From NCBI RefSeq assembly GCF_002257565.1, contig NZ_CP022736.1, positions 2,100,284 through 2,164,283 on the forward strand: 64,000 nucleotides of DNA, read 5' to 3'. Source of the DNA: Herbaspirillum sp. meg3 (GTDB taxonomy: Bacteria; Pseudomonadota; Gammaproteobacteria; Burkholderiales; Burkholderiaceae_D). The position numbers and the translations under genes were made by a program. Shown piece after piece: positions 31,340-40,688 of this stretch (positions are counted from its first letter, which is position 1; every line of letters begins with the position of its first letter). Below the pieces are notes generated by a model. It made no database searches. It saw only the letters and a program-made list of their open reading frames with translations, and had not been told where the DNA came from.

Positions 31340-32662
31340 ATGGCCATAATTGATTTGGTGAAATGGAATGGAAATCCTTCCATTTTGGCTTGGCGTTTCC
31401 CGAGTGATCAACTTTCTACCTGGACTCAGCTGATCGTCAACGAGACGCAAGAAGCCTACCTTGTCAAAGAAGGGGTCTACCAAGGTCCATTTGGGGCTGG
31501 ACGGCATACTCTAGATACCGAAAATATACCGCTGCTGGCATCGTTAATGGGCTTGCCGTTTGGAGGGAAGTCGCCGTTTACTGCAGAGGTTTGGTTCGTA
31601 AATCGACTGACGAATCTTGATATAAAGTGGGGTACATCCGACCCTATCCAGCTACAAGATCCGAAATATCAGCTGATGGTACCTGTGCGGGCATTCGGCC
31701 AGTATGGCGTTAAAATTTCTGATGCGAAGAAATTCCTCCTCAAACTTGTCGGTACTTTACCCGGTTTTGATTCGGCCACATTGGCTGAATATTTCAAAGG
31801 TGTATTCACTACCAAGATCAAGACCAATATTGCTCAGGCCATTATAAAAAATGGTCATTCGGTGTTGGAGATATCGACTCACCTGGAAGCGCTCTCAGAA
31901 ATACTCAAGACGTCACTCGCTCCCGAAATGGAAGAGTTCGGCGTTAGCTTAGTGCAATTCAACATCCATTCCATCAACGTTCCGGAGACTGATCCTGCGG
32001 TCATCAGCTTGAAGGCTGCGTTGGCCAAGCGCACTGAAATGGGAATACTAGGATTCAACTACCAGCAAGAACGCAGTTTCGATGTATTGCAAACAGCCGC
32101 CGGCAATGAAGGAACTGCGGGGGGTGTAATGGGCGCAGGGATGGGACTAGGGATGGGCGCGGCGATAGGTGGGCCGATGGGTGGTGCCTTCGCGCAGATG
32201 ACTCCTATTATTCAGCCTAGTGGTCCAGCTGGCGGTTCTGGTGGAGCGCCACTGAAGTGTCCGAGTTGCAGCGCATCCAATCCCCCGGGAACACGTTTCT
32301 GTGGCTCTTGTGCGGCCAATCTTAATGCAGCAGGCATTTCTGCAAAAGCTGGCATTACCTGTGACAAATGCGGAACGAATATTCCTAGCGGCTCGAAGTT
32401 CTGCCCGAACTGCGCAGACGAAGTGAATCCATGCCCTGCTTGTGGCGAGGATAACGCCAAAGGCTCCGCCCAATGCCGAAGCTGTAAAACGGCGTTACCA
32501 GTTCCATGCCCAACGTGTGAAGCATCGGTGCCCACCGGTTCCAAGTTTTGCAATTCGTGTGGTAGCAAGATGACGCCCTCGTGCTCCAAATGTGGCGCTG
32601 AGCTCGTTGCTGGAGCCAAGTTTTGTAACGACTGCGGTCATCCTCAAAATCCAGCTTCATAG
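31340..32662 (+). CDS. SPFH/band-7-like protein (COG4260, virion-core-protein-like) with five C-terminal zinc-ribbon repeats
   Basis: N-terminus MAIIDLVKWNGNPSILAWRFPSDQLSTWTQLIVNETQEAYLVKEG… characteristic of COG4260; C-terminus has 5 CxxC…(F/Q)CxxC units (e.g. CPSCSASNPPGTRFCGSC, CDKCGTNIPSGSKFCPNC). Confidence 0.7.
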   Translation: MAIIDLVKWNGNPSILAWRFPSDQLSTWTQLIVNETQEAYLVKEGVYQGPFGAGRHTLDTENIPLLASLMGLPFGGKSPFTAEVWFVNRLTNLDIKWGTSDPIQLQDPKYQLMVPVRAFGQYGVKISDAKKFLLKLVGTLPGFDSATLAEYFKGVFTTKIKTNIAQAIIKNGHSVLEISTHLEALSEILKTSLAPEMEEFGVSLVQFNIHSINVPETDPAVISLKAALAKRTEMGILGFNYQQERSFDVLQTAAGNEGTAGGVMGAGMGLGMGAAIGGPMGGAFAQMTPIIQPSGPAGGSGGAPLKCPSCSASNPPGTRFCGSCAANLNAAGISAKAGITCDKCGTNIPSGSKFCPNCADEVNPCPACGEDNAKGSAQCRSCKTALPVPCPTCEASVPTGSKFCNSCGSKMTPSCSKCGAELVAGAKFCNDCGHPQNPAS

Positions 32663-32680
32663 TCCAATCAGACCTTCTCC

Positions 32681-33373
32681 ATGAAAACTGCTTCTTTAAT
32701 GAATATCGCCGCATTGGTAGTGGCCGTGACAGTTGCGACAATCGTTTTCATTTTGGTGCCTGAGCCTGCATGGAATTCCACAACGATTGCTACTGCGATT
32801 GCTTTTGTAGCGGCGATGGGATTTGTTTTCTATATTCCGTCTGTTCTGCGAAAACAGCATAAAAATACCGAGGGACGCGTGCAGCTGGCAGCGATTGGGC
32901 CGACCGGAGCGGTCAGCCTTCTCCTATTGCTGGTGACCGCAGGAGCTTTCGCGCTGGCGCTTGCGAATCATCCAGCTTGGGGGCTCGCACTTCTGACTTT
33001 TGGCATTGGAGCTTTCGTTGTCGCAAGTCTGATGCTGAACGCAGCATTGAAAGTTGTAGGGAACGTCTCCGTGAAATCGTCTGCGCCCAGTCGCCACATT
33101 GAATGGCAACGACAAGTATCGGCCATGGCCTTGCAATCGACACATCAAGAGTCTCTTGCAAAGCTGCGCGCAGTCGAAGAAAACTTTCTCTATTTGGCTA
33201 GCGATGTGCCAGGTGGCAGCCCATATGACGTCGATGTAGACCAGACTCTTAATGCTGTGTCGGATCAATTAGCACTAGACGGGGCGAACGATTTGCTCGG
33301 TCAGTTACGCAAACTTGACAAGCTCATCGCGCAACGCGATATCTACCTGCGCTCTGCTCGCAGCAAGATTTGA
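32681..33373 (+). CDS. membrane protein, hypothetical
   Basis: 230 aa; 4 N-terminal TM helices then soluble tail; 19-bp gap after upstream gene. Confidence 0.55.
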   Translation: MKTASLMNIAALVVAVTVATIVFILVPEPAWNSTTIATAIAFVAAMGFVFYIPSVLRKQHKNTEGRVQLAAIGPTGAVSLLLLLVTAGAFALALANHPAWGLALLTFGIGAFVVASLMLNAALKVVGNVSVKSSAPSRHIEWQRQVSAMALQSTHQESLAKLRAVEENFLYLASDVPGGSPYDVDVDQTLNAVSDQLALDGANDLLGQLRKLDKLIAQRDIYLRSARSKI

Positions 33374-33424
33374 TACTTGGCTTGCCGACAAAATTCTGAA
33401 CTTAACAATATCAGGGGATATGAA

Positions 33425-35506
33425 ATGGGAAACGCTTGTAATTCGTGCGGAGCGGAAATCGTCTTTGAAGCTGGAAAGCAATCGCTAGTCTGCGAATTTT
33501 GTGGCGCAGTCAACCGAGTTGAACGACCAGAAGACGCGTTAGCGACTTCGTTTGACCGCATAGTTCCCATTGCCGTCACTCCTCAAGAAGTCGATTACAA
33601 GCTCTATACCTATATGAGCACGGGTAACTTCACGCCTGACGACATGATCGAGGCATCAACTATCACGTTACGAGAACACTATTACGTTCCCGCGTTCGCA
33701 TTCAGGGTGGACTACGAAGCTACATGGACCGCATCGTTTGGTTTCGACAGGCAGGAACCATACACCGCCTATCGTAGCGTTACTCGTAATAACCGTACCC
33801 ACCAGGAAGCGTACACCGCTTATAAAACGGTCACGGATTGGCGTCCGGCAAACGGCATTGAGGCCGGCATATTTGATGTCGCAGGTTATGCAGGGAACCG
33901 TTTGAACGGTTCCTCCCTCGCGCCTGCAAATTTGGTCGTTGATGCAGTCATGCATGGCAGTTCTACCGAATATAACGCCTCTTTCACCACCGGCTTTGAG
34001 GTCGAAGAATTTTCGGCATCAGAAAAAAAGGTTTTTGATTCGTTGGATAGCGAAATCAATGCCGGGATCGATCAGCGCGTGAAGCATCACGCGCAAGGGG
34101 ACAAGCAACGGGACTGGCACTGGAATGCGCGAATGAGTCACGCCACCACGACATATGCCGTGCCAATTTCTCATGTGACATTTCAATATGGCGAAAAGGA
34201 ATACAACATCTGGATTGGTGGGCACAACGTGGATGCTATTCGAGCAGATGACTTACCTGTCGACCATGATAAAAAGAAGGCTGCCAACATTGGCTTTGCT
34301 CCCGCTGCCTTTGGACTGATCTCTACGGCCGGAACGGCATATGTCTGGGGCTTTGCGGGAACGAGTTTGATAGCCACTGCCATTGCTCTAGGCTATGGAT
34401 TCATGCGACGCAAGGCGCTGATTGACTACTCCAAGTCAATCCGTAGTTCGTTGTTGACGCAAATGCAAGCTTCAAATCAAGTAGTTGCTGGACTGAGCGA
34501 TGAGGAACAACTTAAGGTCACCAAAGCATTTCAACGACCAGAGCGCCCATTATTTGCCAGTATTCATAAGGATAAAATTGTCTTACCTGCACTCGCTGCT
34601 TTCGCTTTTTTTGGAGCTATTGTGCCCAATGTGGTCCTTAGTCCTGCGGCGATTGAACAGCGTGCCATTGCGCGCCAAAATTCGGAACGAGCTGAGCAAT
34701 ATCGGTTAGCCGCTCTGGCACGTACTGCGCAAGAGGAGGCTGAGCGCAAGGCAGACGACGACGAGCGAGCGGCCAGAAAAGCAAGAATTGAGGCTGTTGC
34801 GGCTCAAAAGGCCGAGGCTGAGGCCGCTGGACAAAATGGCACGGAAGTCGCTGCGACACAGGCGACACCTGTTCAGGAAAATGCGTCAGTCCAGAACACC
34901 GTGCCTGTTGCGTTACCTGTCGCTGCGGCTGACAGCCGGGTACCTATCAACGTAGCTGGGAGATTCACCATACTTGCTCCGGACGAGTCGAAGCAATTGC
35001 TTACCGCCATGCTTCAACAAGCAGCCAGTACTTTTAAGATCGCTCAACTCAAAGGTCAAATAGAAGCACTTCCAAAGCCAATGACCGGTGATCGAAAAGC
35101 AGCCCGAAAGCTGAACGACCAAGGTCTTGCAGCATTGAAATCTGGTGACTACGCGCAAGCGGTTCTTGCGCTGAAAAATGCTACGTCTACCGACTCTGCG
35201 GACGTCGAAGTATTAAATAACTACGTATACGCTTTGATCAAAGCGCAGCGCATGCGCGAAGCGGAGTCCGAGGCTGGACGTTTGTTGACCTTCAGTCCGG
35301 GACGTGCGTCGGCGTGGGCAAATCTTGCAGAGATCTATGCACAAACAGAGAAAAAGGAAGAAGCTGTAGCCGCTTTGGTTCTGGCGTTCCAATTTTCCTC
35401 GAACAAGGATCGTACTATTACTTTTTTGAATGAGCGAGCAGGTGATCCGAGTTCGCCACTGCAGCTGGTCGCAAAGAAGGCAATAGAAGTAATCGAAAAA
35501 TTGTAA
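33425..35506 (+). CDS. zinc-ribbon / TM / coiled-coil / TPR multidomain protein
   Basis: Starts MGNACNSCGAEIVFEAGKQSLVCEFCGAVN (zinc ribbon); central hydrophobic segment (…FAPAAFGLISTAGTAYVWGFAGTSLIATAIALGYGF…); Ala/Glu/Arg-rich coiled coil; C-terminal TPR-like repeats; AGGGGA RBS. Confidence 0.6.
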   Translation: MGNACNSCGAEIVFEAGKQSLVCEFCGAVNRVERPEDALATSFDRIVPIAVTPQEVDYKLYTYMSTGNFTPDDMIEASTITLREHYYVPAFAFRVDYEATWTASFGFDRQEPYTAYRSVTRNNRTHQEAYTAYKTVTDWRPANGIEAGIFDVAGYAGNRLNGSSLAPANLVVDAVMHGSSTEYNASFTTGFEVEEFSASEKKVFDSLDSEINAGIDQRVKHHAQGDKQRDWHWNARMSHATTTYAVPISHVTFQYGEKEYNIWIGGHNVDAIRADDLPVDHDKKKAANIGFAPAAFGLISTAGTAYVWGFAGTSLIATAIALGYGFMRRKALIDYSKSIRSSLLTQMQASNQVVAGLSDEEQLKVTKAFQRPERPLFASIHKDKIVLPALAAFAFFGAIVPNVVLSPAAIEQRAIARQNSERAEQYRLAALARTAQEEAERKADDDERAARKARIEAVAAQKAEAEAAGQNGTEVAATQATPVQENASVQNTVPVALPVAAADSRVPINVAGRFTILAPDESKQLLTAMLQQAASTFKIAQLKGQIEALPKPMTGDRKAARKLNDQGLAALKSGDYAQAVLALKNATSTDSADVEVLNNYVYALIKAQRMREAESEAGRLLTFSPGRASAWANLAEIYAQTEKKEEAVAALVLAFQFSSNKDRTITFLNERAGDPSSPLQLVAKKAIEVIEKL

Positions 35507-35590
35507 TCCCGGCTTTTCGACAGGCAATAAATAATTGCATACGCTCGCATATCGCATTCAGCGCTCATACTACTTAAATAATCAGATAAC

Positions 35591-36262
35591 ATGACCAGCA
35601 AAAATCCGACCCCTGTTGCGAATCTTAGTTACCGAGAGAAACTAAAAGATCCAAAATGGAAAAAAGTGCGAGACCAAATTATTCTGGACAGAGGAAGGAT
35701 ATGCGAATGTTGTGGAATTCAGGGAACGCATCACCCTACGGGGAAGCCAGTTCAGTATGAGGTTCATCACGGATATTATGTGTATTGGAAACAGCCTTGG
35801 GAGTATGAGGAAGAAACTCTTTGGGTTGTGTGCGATATTTGCCACGATAAAGTGCATGATTCTCTCGCTATATTGCAGCGAGAAATTGGAATGTTAGATC
35901 CAATCGCTCTTAACGTACAAGCTAAAGAAGTGCAAGCGATTAAGGACGCGGAAATTCGACTATATCTGGAAGAGCTCCATTCTTCACAAGCGATGGAATT
36001 GCAAGAAGCGTTGAAAGACGAGTATGAAGACCAGCTCGAGCGTCACCAGTATATAGAAGTTGTAGTCTATTCCTCCGATGAACTGGGGCCTAGTGGATGC
36101 CAAGATCTATGTGACAAGTTAGACCAACAATTCCCCGGGATTCGAATAATTCAAGTCGAAGACGGGCCTGATTGTCTCTGGCAAGTAATCGGAGATCCTT
36201 TGGCCAGATCCGATGTTGTCGAAGAGGTTACAACTTGGCTTCGTCAAAATGCTAGGCAATGA
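35591..36262 (+). CDS. HNH-nuclease-like protein with acidic C-terminal domain
   Basis: …CECCGIQGTHHPTGKPVQYEVHHGYY…VVCDICHDKVH… (CxxC…HH…CxxCH HNH pattern). Confidence 0.55.
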   Translation: MTSKNPTPVANLSYREKLKDPKWKKVRDQIILDRGRICECCGIQGTHHPTGKPVQYEVHHGYYVYWKQPWEYEEETLWVVCDICHDKVHDSLAILQREIGMLDPIALNVQAKEVQAIKDAEIRLYLEELHSSQAMELQEALKDEYEDQLERHQYIEVVVYSSDELGPSGCQDLCDKLDQQFPGIRIIQVEDGPDCLWQVIGDPLARSDVVEEVTTWLRQNARQ

Positions 36263-36380
36263 AGTTCATCTAACCCCAGAAAAACTAAACCTATTGCAGG
36301 ATCAAATAAATCGTTATCCGAAATATTAAAAATCCAGATGGCAACTAAAGAAGCTGCTACTGATTTTTAGCATCACTGTT

Positions 36381-36412
36381 ACTAGCCAATTGATGAGGAT
36401 GAATTGGCTAGT
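36381..36412. repeat. perfect 11-bp inverted repeat (hairpin) immediately 3' of recombinase gene
   Basis: actagccaatt-gatgaggatg-aattggctagt. Confidence 0.7.
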
Positions 36413-36428
36413 TCAGACAAAAACTTCA

Positions 36429-37397
36429 CTAAAGTAGACTTGGAATCTTCCGTTTCGCTACAGGCCTGATATACCGTGCCAGTGTCACGTCCGACTTGTG
36501 CCCAGTCTGCTCACGAATTTGATAGGGCTGTAAGCCTACGATCGCGGCCTCGGTACAGTATCCAGCACGCAAACTATGGCCGGAGACGCATTTGGCGGCG
36601 TCCGCACCACTCATTCTACGAACAGCGGACTTCACGATCAGGGCTACTGATTGGCCTGTCAGCGCTTTGTCACCAACTGCCTGGTCGTGACGGTTAAGAG
36701 GGCGAAACAGCGGTCCCGCCGCAATGCCAGCAAGTTCCATCCACACTTTGAGGGCCTTGACCGGGCAGCGGCTGCCCTTGGCATGCGGGATGAACACGAC
36801 TCTGCCCGCTCCTTCCTGGTCCGTCTTGGATCTCCGGATCAGCAGTTCGATGCCGTTCTCAAAGTAGGTCATATCCTCCACCTTCAGTGCCACTAGCTCA
36901 GACCTCCGGAACGCACCCGCAAACCCAATCAAGATCAAGGCCTTATCACGTGCAGCACGCATTGGTTTCTGCTTGTCCACCAGCACCATCAGTTCCAACA
37001 AGTCATCTTTGACGAGAGCCTTGACTCGGCGCTGTACGGTGCCAAAGGTGCGTCTGATACCCTGCATGGTGCGCTTCACCAATCGATCCATCACTGGCGA
37101 AGGAAGCTGATCGTCTGTATGGGCGCGATGAATGGCGATCAGTCTGTGCTGGAGGGTTGCCACCGCCGTCGTGCCTGCACATTCCGCCAGGTAATCTGCG
37201 ATCATCTCGGGCGTAGCCGGTATGGTGCCGCCATGGCTTTTGAAATGACTCAAATCCGCTTCATAGCTGCGCTTAGTGGCTCGCGACTGCGCCGCTGCCG
37301 CATATGTACTTGCGCTCGCCGAAACCGTAGGTGAATCAGTCTCTGCATGCTCTGGTGCTATGGGACGGCCGGAACCTGCTTGTTTGCTCGCGCTCAT
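36429..37397 (-). CDS. tyrosine recombinase / integrase (XerD-like, second copy in island)
   Basis: Start at ATG 37395-37397; N-terminal SAM-like …TKRSYEADLSHFKSH…; C-terminal …GHSLRAGYCTEAA…TLARYIRP… (R-H-R-Y catalytic pattern). Confidence 0.8.
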   Translation of the reverse strand: MSASKQAGSGRPIAPEHAETDSPTVSASASTYAAAAQSRATKRSYEADLSHFKSHGGTIPATPEMIADYLAECAGTTAVATLQHRLIAIHRAHTDDQLPSPVMDRLVKRTMQGIRRTFGTVQRRVKALVKDDLLELMVLVDKQKPMRAARDKALILIGFAGAFRRSELVALKVEDMTYFENGIELLIRRSKTDQEGAGRVVFIPHAKGSRCPVKALKVWMELAGIAAGPLFRPLNRHDQAVGDKALTGQSVALIVKSAVRRMSGADAAKCVSGHSLRAGYCTEAAIVGLQPYQIREQTGHKSDVTLARYIRPVAKRKIPSLL

Positions 37398-37399
37398 GA

Positions 37400-37744
37400 T
37401 CAATACTCGCCGGTCAGAAGCATGGTGGTGACAGATCGATCTGCCTCGGTGATGATGTAGATGCGGTCCTTGCCGATTTCGTAGGCCGATAGGATGCGCA
37501 TTTCGTGCTGGATCGAGAGCCTGTTCTGTTCGATGTCCTCGGCGCACAAGGTGCCATAGTCACCATGCTGATGACGGGAGAAGTAAGGCGTGGCGTTGAC
37601 GCCGTTGTGATCCAGCAGGTCGAGAGCGGCAGGTGTAGCGCAAACTAACCCGAGGGGAAATAGCGGCTCCTTCGACAGCTTCGTCAAGGAGTGCACTACG
37701 GCGGCATTGTTGGTTTCTGTTTTGTTATTCATGGAAGACCTCAA
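37400..37744 (-). CDS. hypothetical protein, translationally coupled to recombinase
   Basis: 114 aa; stop 2 bp upstream of recombinase start. Confidence 0.5.
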   Translation of the reverse strand: MRSSMNNKTETNNAAVVHSLTKLSKEPLFPLGLVCATPAALDLLDHNGVNATPYFSRHQHGDYGTLCAEDIEQNRLSIQHEMRILSAYEIGKDRIYIITEADRSVTTMLLTGEY

Positions 37745-38222
37745 AGATTAATTTCAGGTCGAACGCGTCCGCACTCCACAGCAGGGCAGCTGTAGAGCGA
37801 TGAGATACCTGTTCGACGATGGGGAATGGAAAATGACAATCCAAACGCCTGCCAAATTCACGGCAGAATGTCTGGATCAATTGGAACAAACGGGAAACTT
37901 ATGGCAGGTACGACGGCGCGTTGCACGCCGCATTTAGCGGTCCCAAGTAGGGACAGATGGAAACAACGGATCCTTCGGGAACTGTTGCACTGTTGCACGC
38001 GCTATGCACACGCAACACTGCAACACGATCAGGGAGATAAGCAGGAGCGGCGGCTACAACCGGGCTGCGGCGAACATCACCGCTACGTATGCAAAACGCC
38101 ACCAACACGCACCGCGCAAGATCTACCCCACTCCGCCTCACCGACAAGCCCACACACCAGCACAGGTATAGTCCAGTACCGCTAGTAGACCCGCCAGCTA
38201 GACACTACTCAACTTGCACGGT

Positions 38223-39248
38223 TTAGCCTGGATTCACTCCGAACTGCTTTTCCAGAATGGTTTTCACGTCTTCCTTGCTTTGTGTACGCCACTTGGGTGC
38301 ACCACCGGCAGATATGCCGTGTTTCATGCAACCGCCATCACGTAGAGCGCCAAACTCTTTACCGGACATCACACGACCGTCCACCATCTTTGCAGTGCCA
38401 GTATCCAGATTGACTGTACCGATAGCGCAGTCCTTCCAGGTCTGAGCACCACCAATCCAAGCTAGGTTGCCCTTGGTATCAAAGCCGTGATAGGCACCGT
38501 CGTACTCGATTTCTTCTACGTCCGCACCGTCGTTCTTCAAGGCCTGGTAGTTGTTGCGGCAGCCCTCAATCGAGTTCATGTCGTCCTTGGTTCCGGTGAT
38601 GATACGAATGGGAGCGCCAGTGGTTTTGGCATGGATTGAACAGACCGGATAGAAGAGAATGTGGATAGCAAACTTGAGATCGTCGTCAATCACACCCTGA
38701 CGTATTTTCTCAAAGCTGGCCATCAAGCCCGCATGACCTCCCTTGCTGAAACCAATCAGACCGATACGATTACGGTCAATGTTGGGATCGGTTGCGAGCA
38801 GTTGCAGGGCACGTAACGCATCCACAGCAGAAGCACCGTAGGCCAACAGCTTCTGGTTCTCCGCTGTCCGCTGAATGCCTCGGGTCGCAAAGCTGTCCAC
38901 CATCAAAGTTGCGTACCCCAGGCTATTCAGGTACTTGCACCAGTCGACAATGTCCTGCGTCACGCCACCACTGGAGTGCATCACCACCATCGCAGGAACC
39001 TTGGTACCCGGTTTCATGTTCTCAGGGAAGCGTAACTCGCTCTTGATTACATCACTCAACACCACCCGCTTCTGGTAGATCCTTTCGGCGTTAGTGTCGT
39101 GACGGGCTGACACAAAGTAGATGGTGCCGACGTCTGTTGCGCTGAGACTGGTCTTGGCCTCGTTCTGTTGCGCTTGGGCTGGAATCGCTACCGCTGCCAA
39201 CAAGACGGCAAACAGCGCAGCCCCAGCACGTTTGAGAGCTGTAGTCAT
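38223..39248 (-). CDS. dienelactone-hydrolase-family / alpha-beta hydrolase, secreted
   Basis: 341 aa; signal peptide …AVLLAAVAIPAQAQQ; nucleophile elbow GFSKGG. Confidence 0.7.
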   Translation of the reverse strand: MTTALKRAGAALFAVLLAAVAIPAQAQQNEAKTSLSATDVGTIYFVSARHDTNAERIYQKRVVLSDVIKSELRFPENMKPGTKVPAMVVMHSSGGVTQDIVDWCKYLNSLGYATLMVDSFATRGIQRTAENQKLLAYGASAVDALRALQLLATDPNIDRNRIGLIGFSKGGHAGLMASFEKIRQGVIDDDLKFAIHILFYPVCSIHAKTTGAPIRIITGTKDDMNSIEGCRNNYQALKNDGADVEEIEYDGAYHGFDTKGNLAWIGGAQTWKDCAIGTVNLDTGTAKMVDGRVMSGKEFGALRDGGCMKHGISAGGAPKWRTQSKEDVKTILEKQFGVNPG

Positions 39249-39312
39249 GTGGATCCTTTTGTTGTTTTGGTTCGAGCCGTCGACCGGTCTAGAGCGATCA
39301 ACGGCGGTCTCA

Positions 39313-39804
39313 CTACCTCAACCCGAACTTGCGCAATGCATCGGTTTTCAAAAGCTTGGATACGCAAGTGATGTCGCATATCTGCGGCGCCGTGTTCTTC
39401 TTCGTTTTGGGGTCAACCACTTGATAGTACATGCCATCGCCGCAGGCACTTCCCGCGCAGCTTGATCCCACCACGATACGGAACTCACGACCTACCGGCA
39501 CGCAGATAACAGTGTTGTTGTCGGAAACGGGGAGCTTGGTCGCAGCTCCTTGTCCCAGGATGTAGATTCCTGCGCCTTCGGAACCGTCCACTGTGAACGT
39601 TGGGGATGTCTTGCCAAAGCTCTGTTGGTTGATGCCGACCACGTGGACAGGTGCACCGCCGCACGCCCCGAACACCGTCAAAGTTTGAACAACGGGGGCG
39701 ACACCGTCTCCCACCGGATCCAAGAGTACTGGCCAAGCTTGCGCGGTGATCACGGCAGCAGATAAAGCCATGGTGAGAATTGCTTTGTAGATTGTCTTTT
39801 TCAT
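39313..39804 (-). CDS. secreted hypothetical protein
   Basis: 163 aa; signal peptide MKKTIYKAILTMALSAAVITAQA. Confidence 0.5.
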   Translation of the reverse strand: MKKTIYKAILTMALSAAVITAQAWPVLLDPVGDGVAPVVQTLTVFGACGGAPVHVVGINQQSFGKTSPTFTVDGSEGAGIYILGQGAATKLPVSDNNTVICVPVGREFRIVVGSSCAGSACGDGMYYQVVDPKTKKNTAPQICDITCVSKLLKTDALRKFGLR

Positions 39805-39842
39805 TTTTGATTTCTTATGTGTGAGAGAACAAACAGGGAGGG

Positions 39843-40322
39843 TTAGCTAGGCATGACCGAGGTGGGAGTCCAATTGTGGATCAATCGCCAGCCGTTCTCG
39901 GTCTTCGTGAAGATGGCGAATCCGCCGATTGCGAACTTCTGGCTCAGCGTCTGCCCGTCTTTCGAATACATATGGACGATGTAGGCATGGCACGGCTTGA
40001 ACTCAGGCCTGAAACCATTGTTTTTGTACATGGCGCTGGTTTCGTCGGACGAGGCTTTCAAAGTCAGCTCGGCGGAGATATCCAGTCGATAGTTGTTGCC
40101 CTCCGCAGCGCCATCGGTCTTTTTGATGTTCGCCACTGTCCATAGCGGGCAGCTTCCCACCTCGTTCTGAACGTAAGGCTCAATGTCATCCGGGCCTGGG
40201 GTGCTGCTGCAGCCTGCAATAGTTAAAACGATCCCCACTGCGGCAAAGAGGCGCCAGTAAGACCTACCCTTTTGGATAAATCGTGGATTGCCTGTTGCTT
40301 GAATTTCCAAATTCGACATCAA
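39843..40322 (-). CDS. lipoprotein, hypothetical
   Basis: 159 aa; lipobox …LTIAGCSST. Confidence 0.5.
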   Translation of the reverse strand: MMSNLEIQATGNPRFIQKGRSYWRLFAAVGIVLTIAGCSSTPGPDDIEPYVQNEVGSCPLWTVANIKKTDGAAEGNNYRLDISAELTLKASSDETSAMYKNNGFRPEFKPCHAYIVHMYSKDGQTLSQKFAIGGFAIFTKTENGWRLIHNWTPTSVMPS

Positions 40323-40419
40323 AGCTCCTTTTTAATTGTGGACAAATACAAACTTAAAGTGTGTATTTTCATAATATCAACAAACTCAAAGTGTGTGGTA
40401 GCGGACATACAAAAACAGG

Positions 40420-40680
40420 ATGCTTCGTCCTGTGCCAAAGAATCCCATTCAAACGATCGATCCCCAGTTACTGTTCGCGACCAACATGCGACGGGTGCGC
40501 CTGTCAAAGCAGCTGACGCAAGAAAAAGTAGCCGAATATGCCGAGCTCCACGTGAACTACATTAGCTCCGTGGAACGCGGCGAACGCAACATATCCATCC
40601 AAAACGTCTACAAAATAGCGTTGGCACTTGGCTCCTCCATGCCTGAACTGCTGAGCAGCGAGACGGACGAAGCCTCCTAA
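40420..40680 (+). CDS. XRE-family helix-turn-helix regulator
   Basis: …LSKQLTQEKVAEYAELHVNYISSVERGERNISIQNVYKIALAL… (HTH_XRE pattern); start may be internal ATG. Confidence 0.65.
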   Translation: MLRPVPKNPIQTIDPQLLFATNMRRVRLSKQLTQEKVAEYAELHVNYISSVERGERNISIQNVYKIALALGSSMPELLSSETDEAS

Positions 40681-40688
40681 GAAGCAAG

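Noticed and set aside
36429-37547. Full 372-aa ORF for the second recombinase (start 37547)
   Set aside because: The N-terminal 50 residues are His/Arg-rich junk and overlap the upstream gene. The internal ATG at 37395-37397, 2 bp after the upstream stop, gives a normal-length tyrosine recombinase.
37826-38185. 119-aa and antisense 84-aa ORFs in the GC-rich non-coding stretch after the second recombinase locus
   Set aside because: Low-complexity translations, mutually overlapping on both strands; more likely non-coding or decayed sequence.
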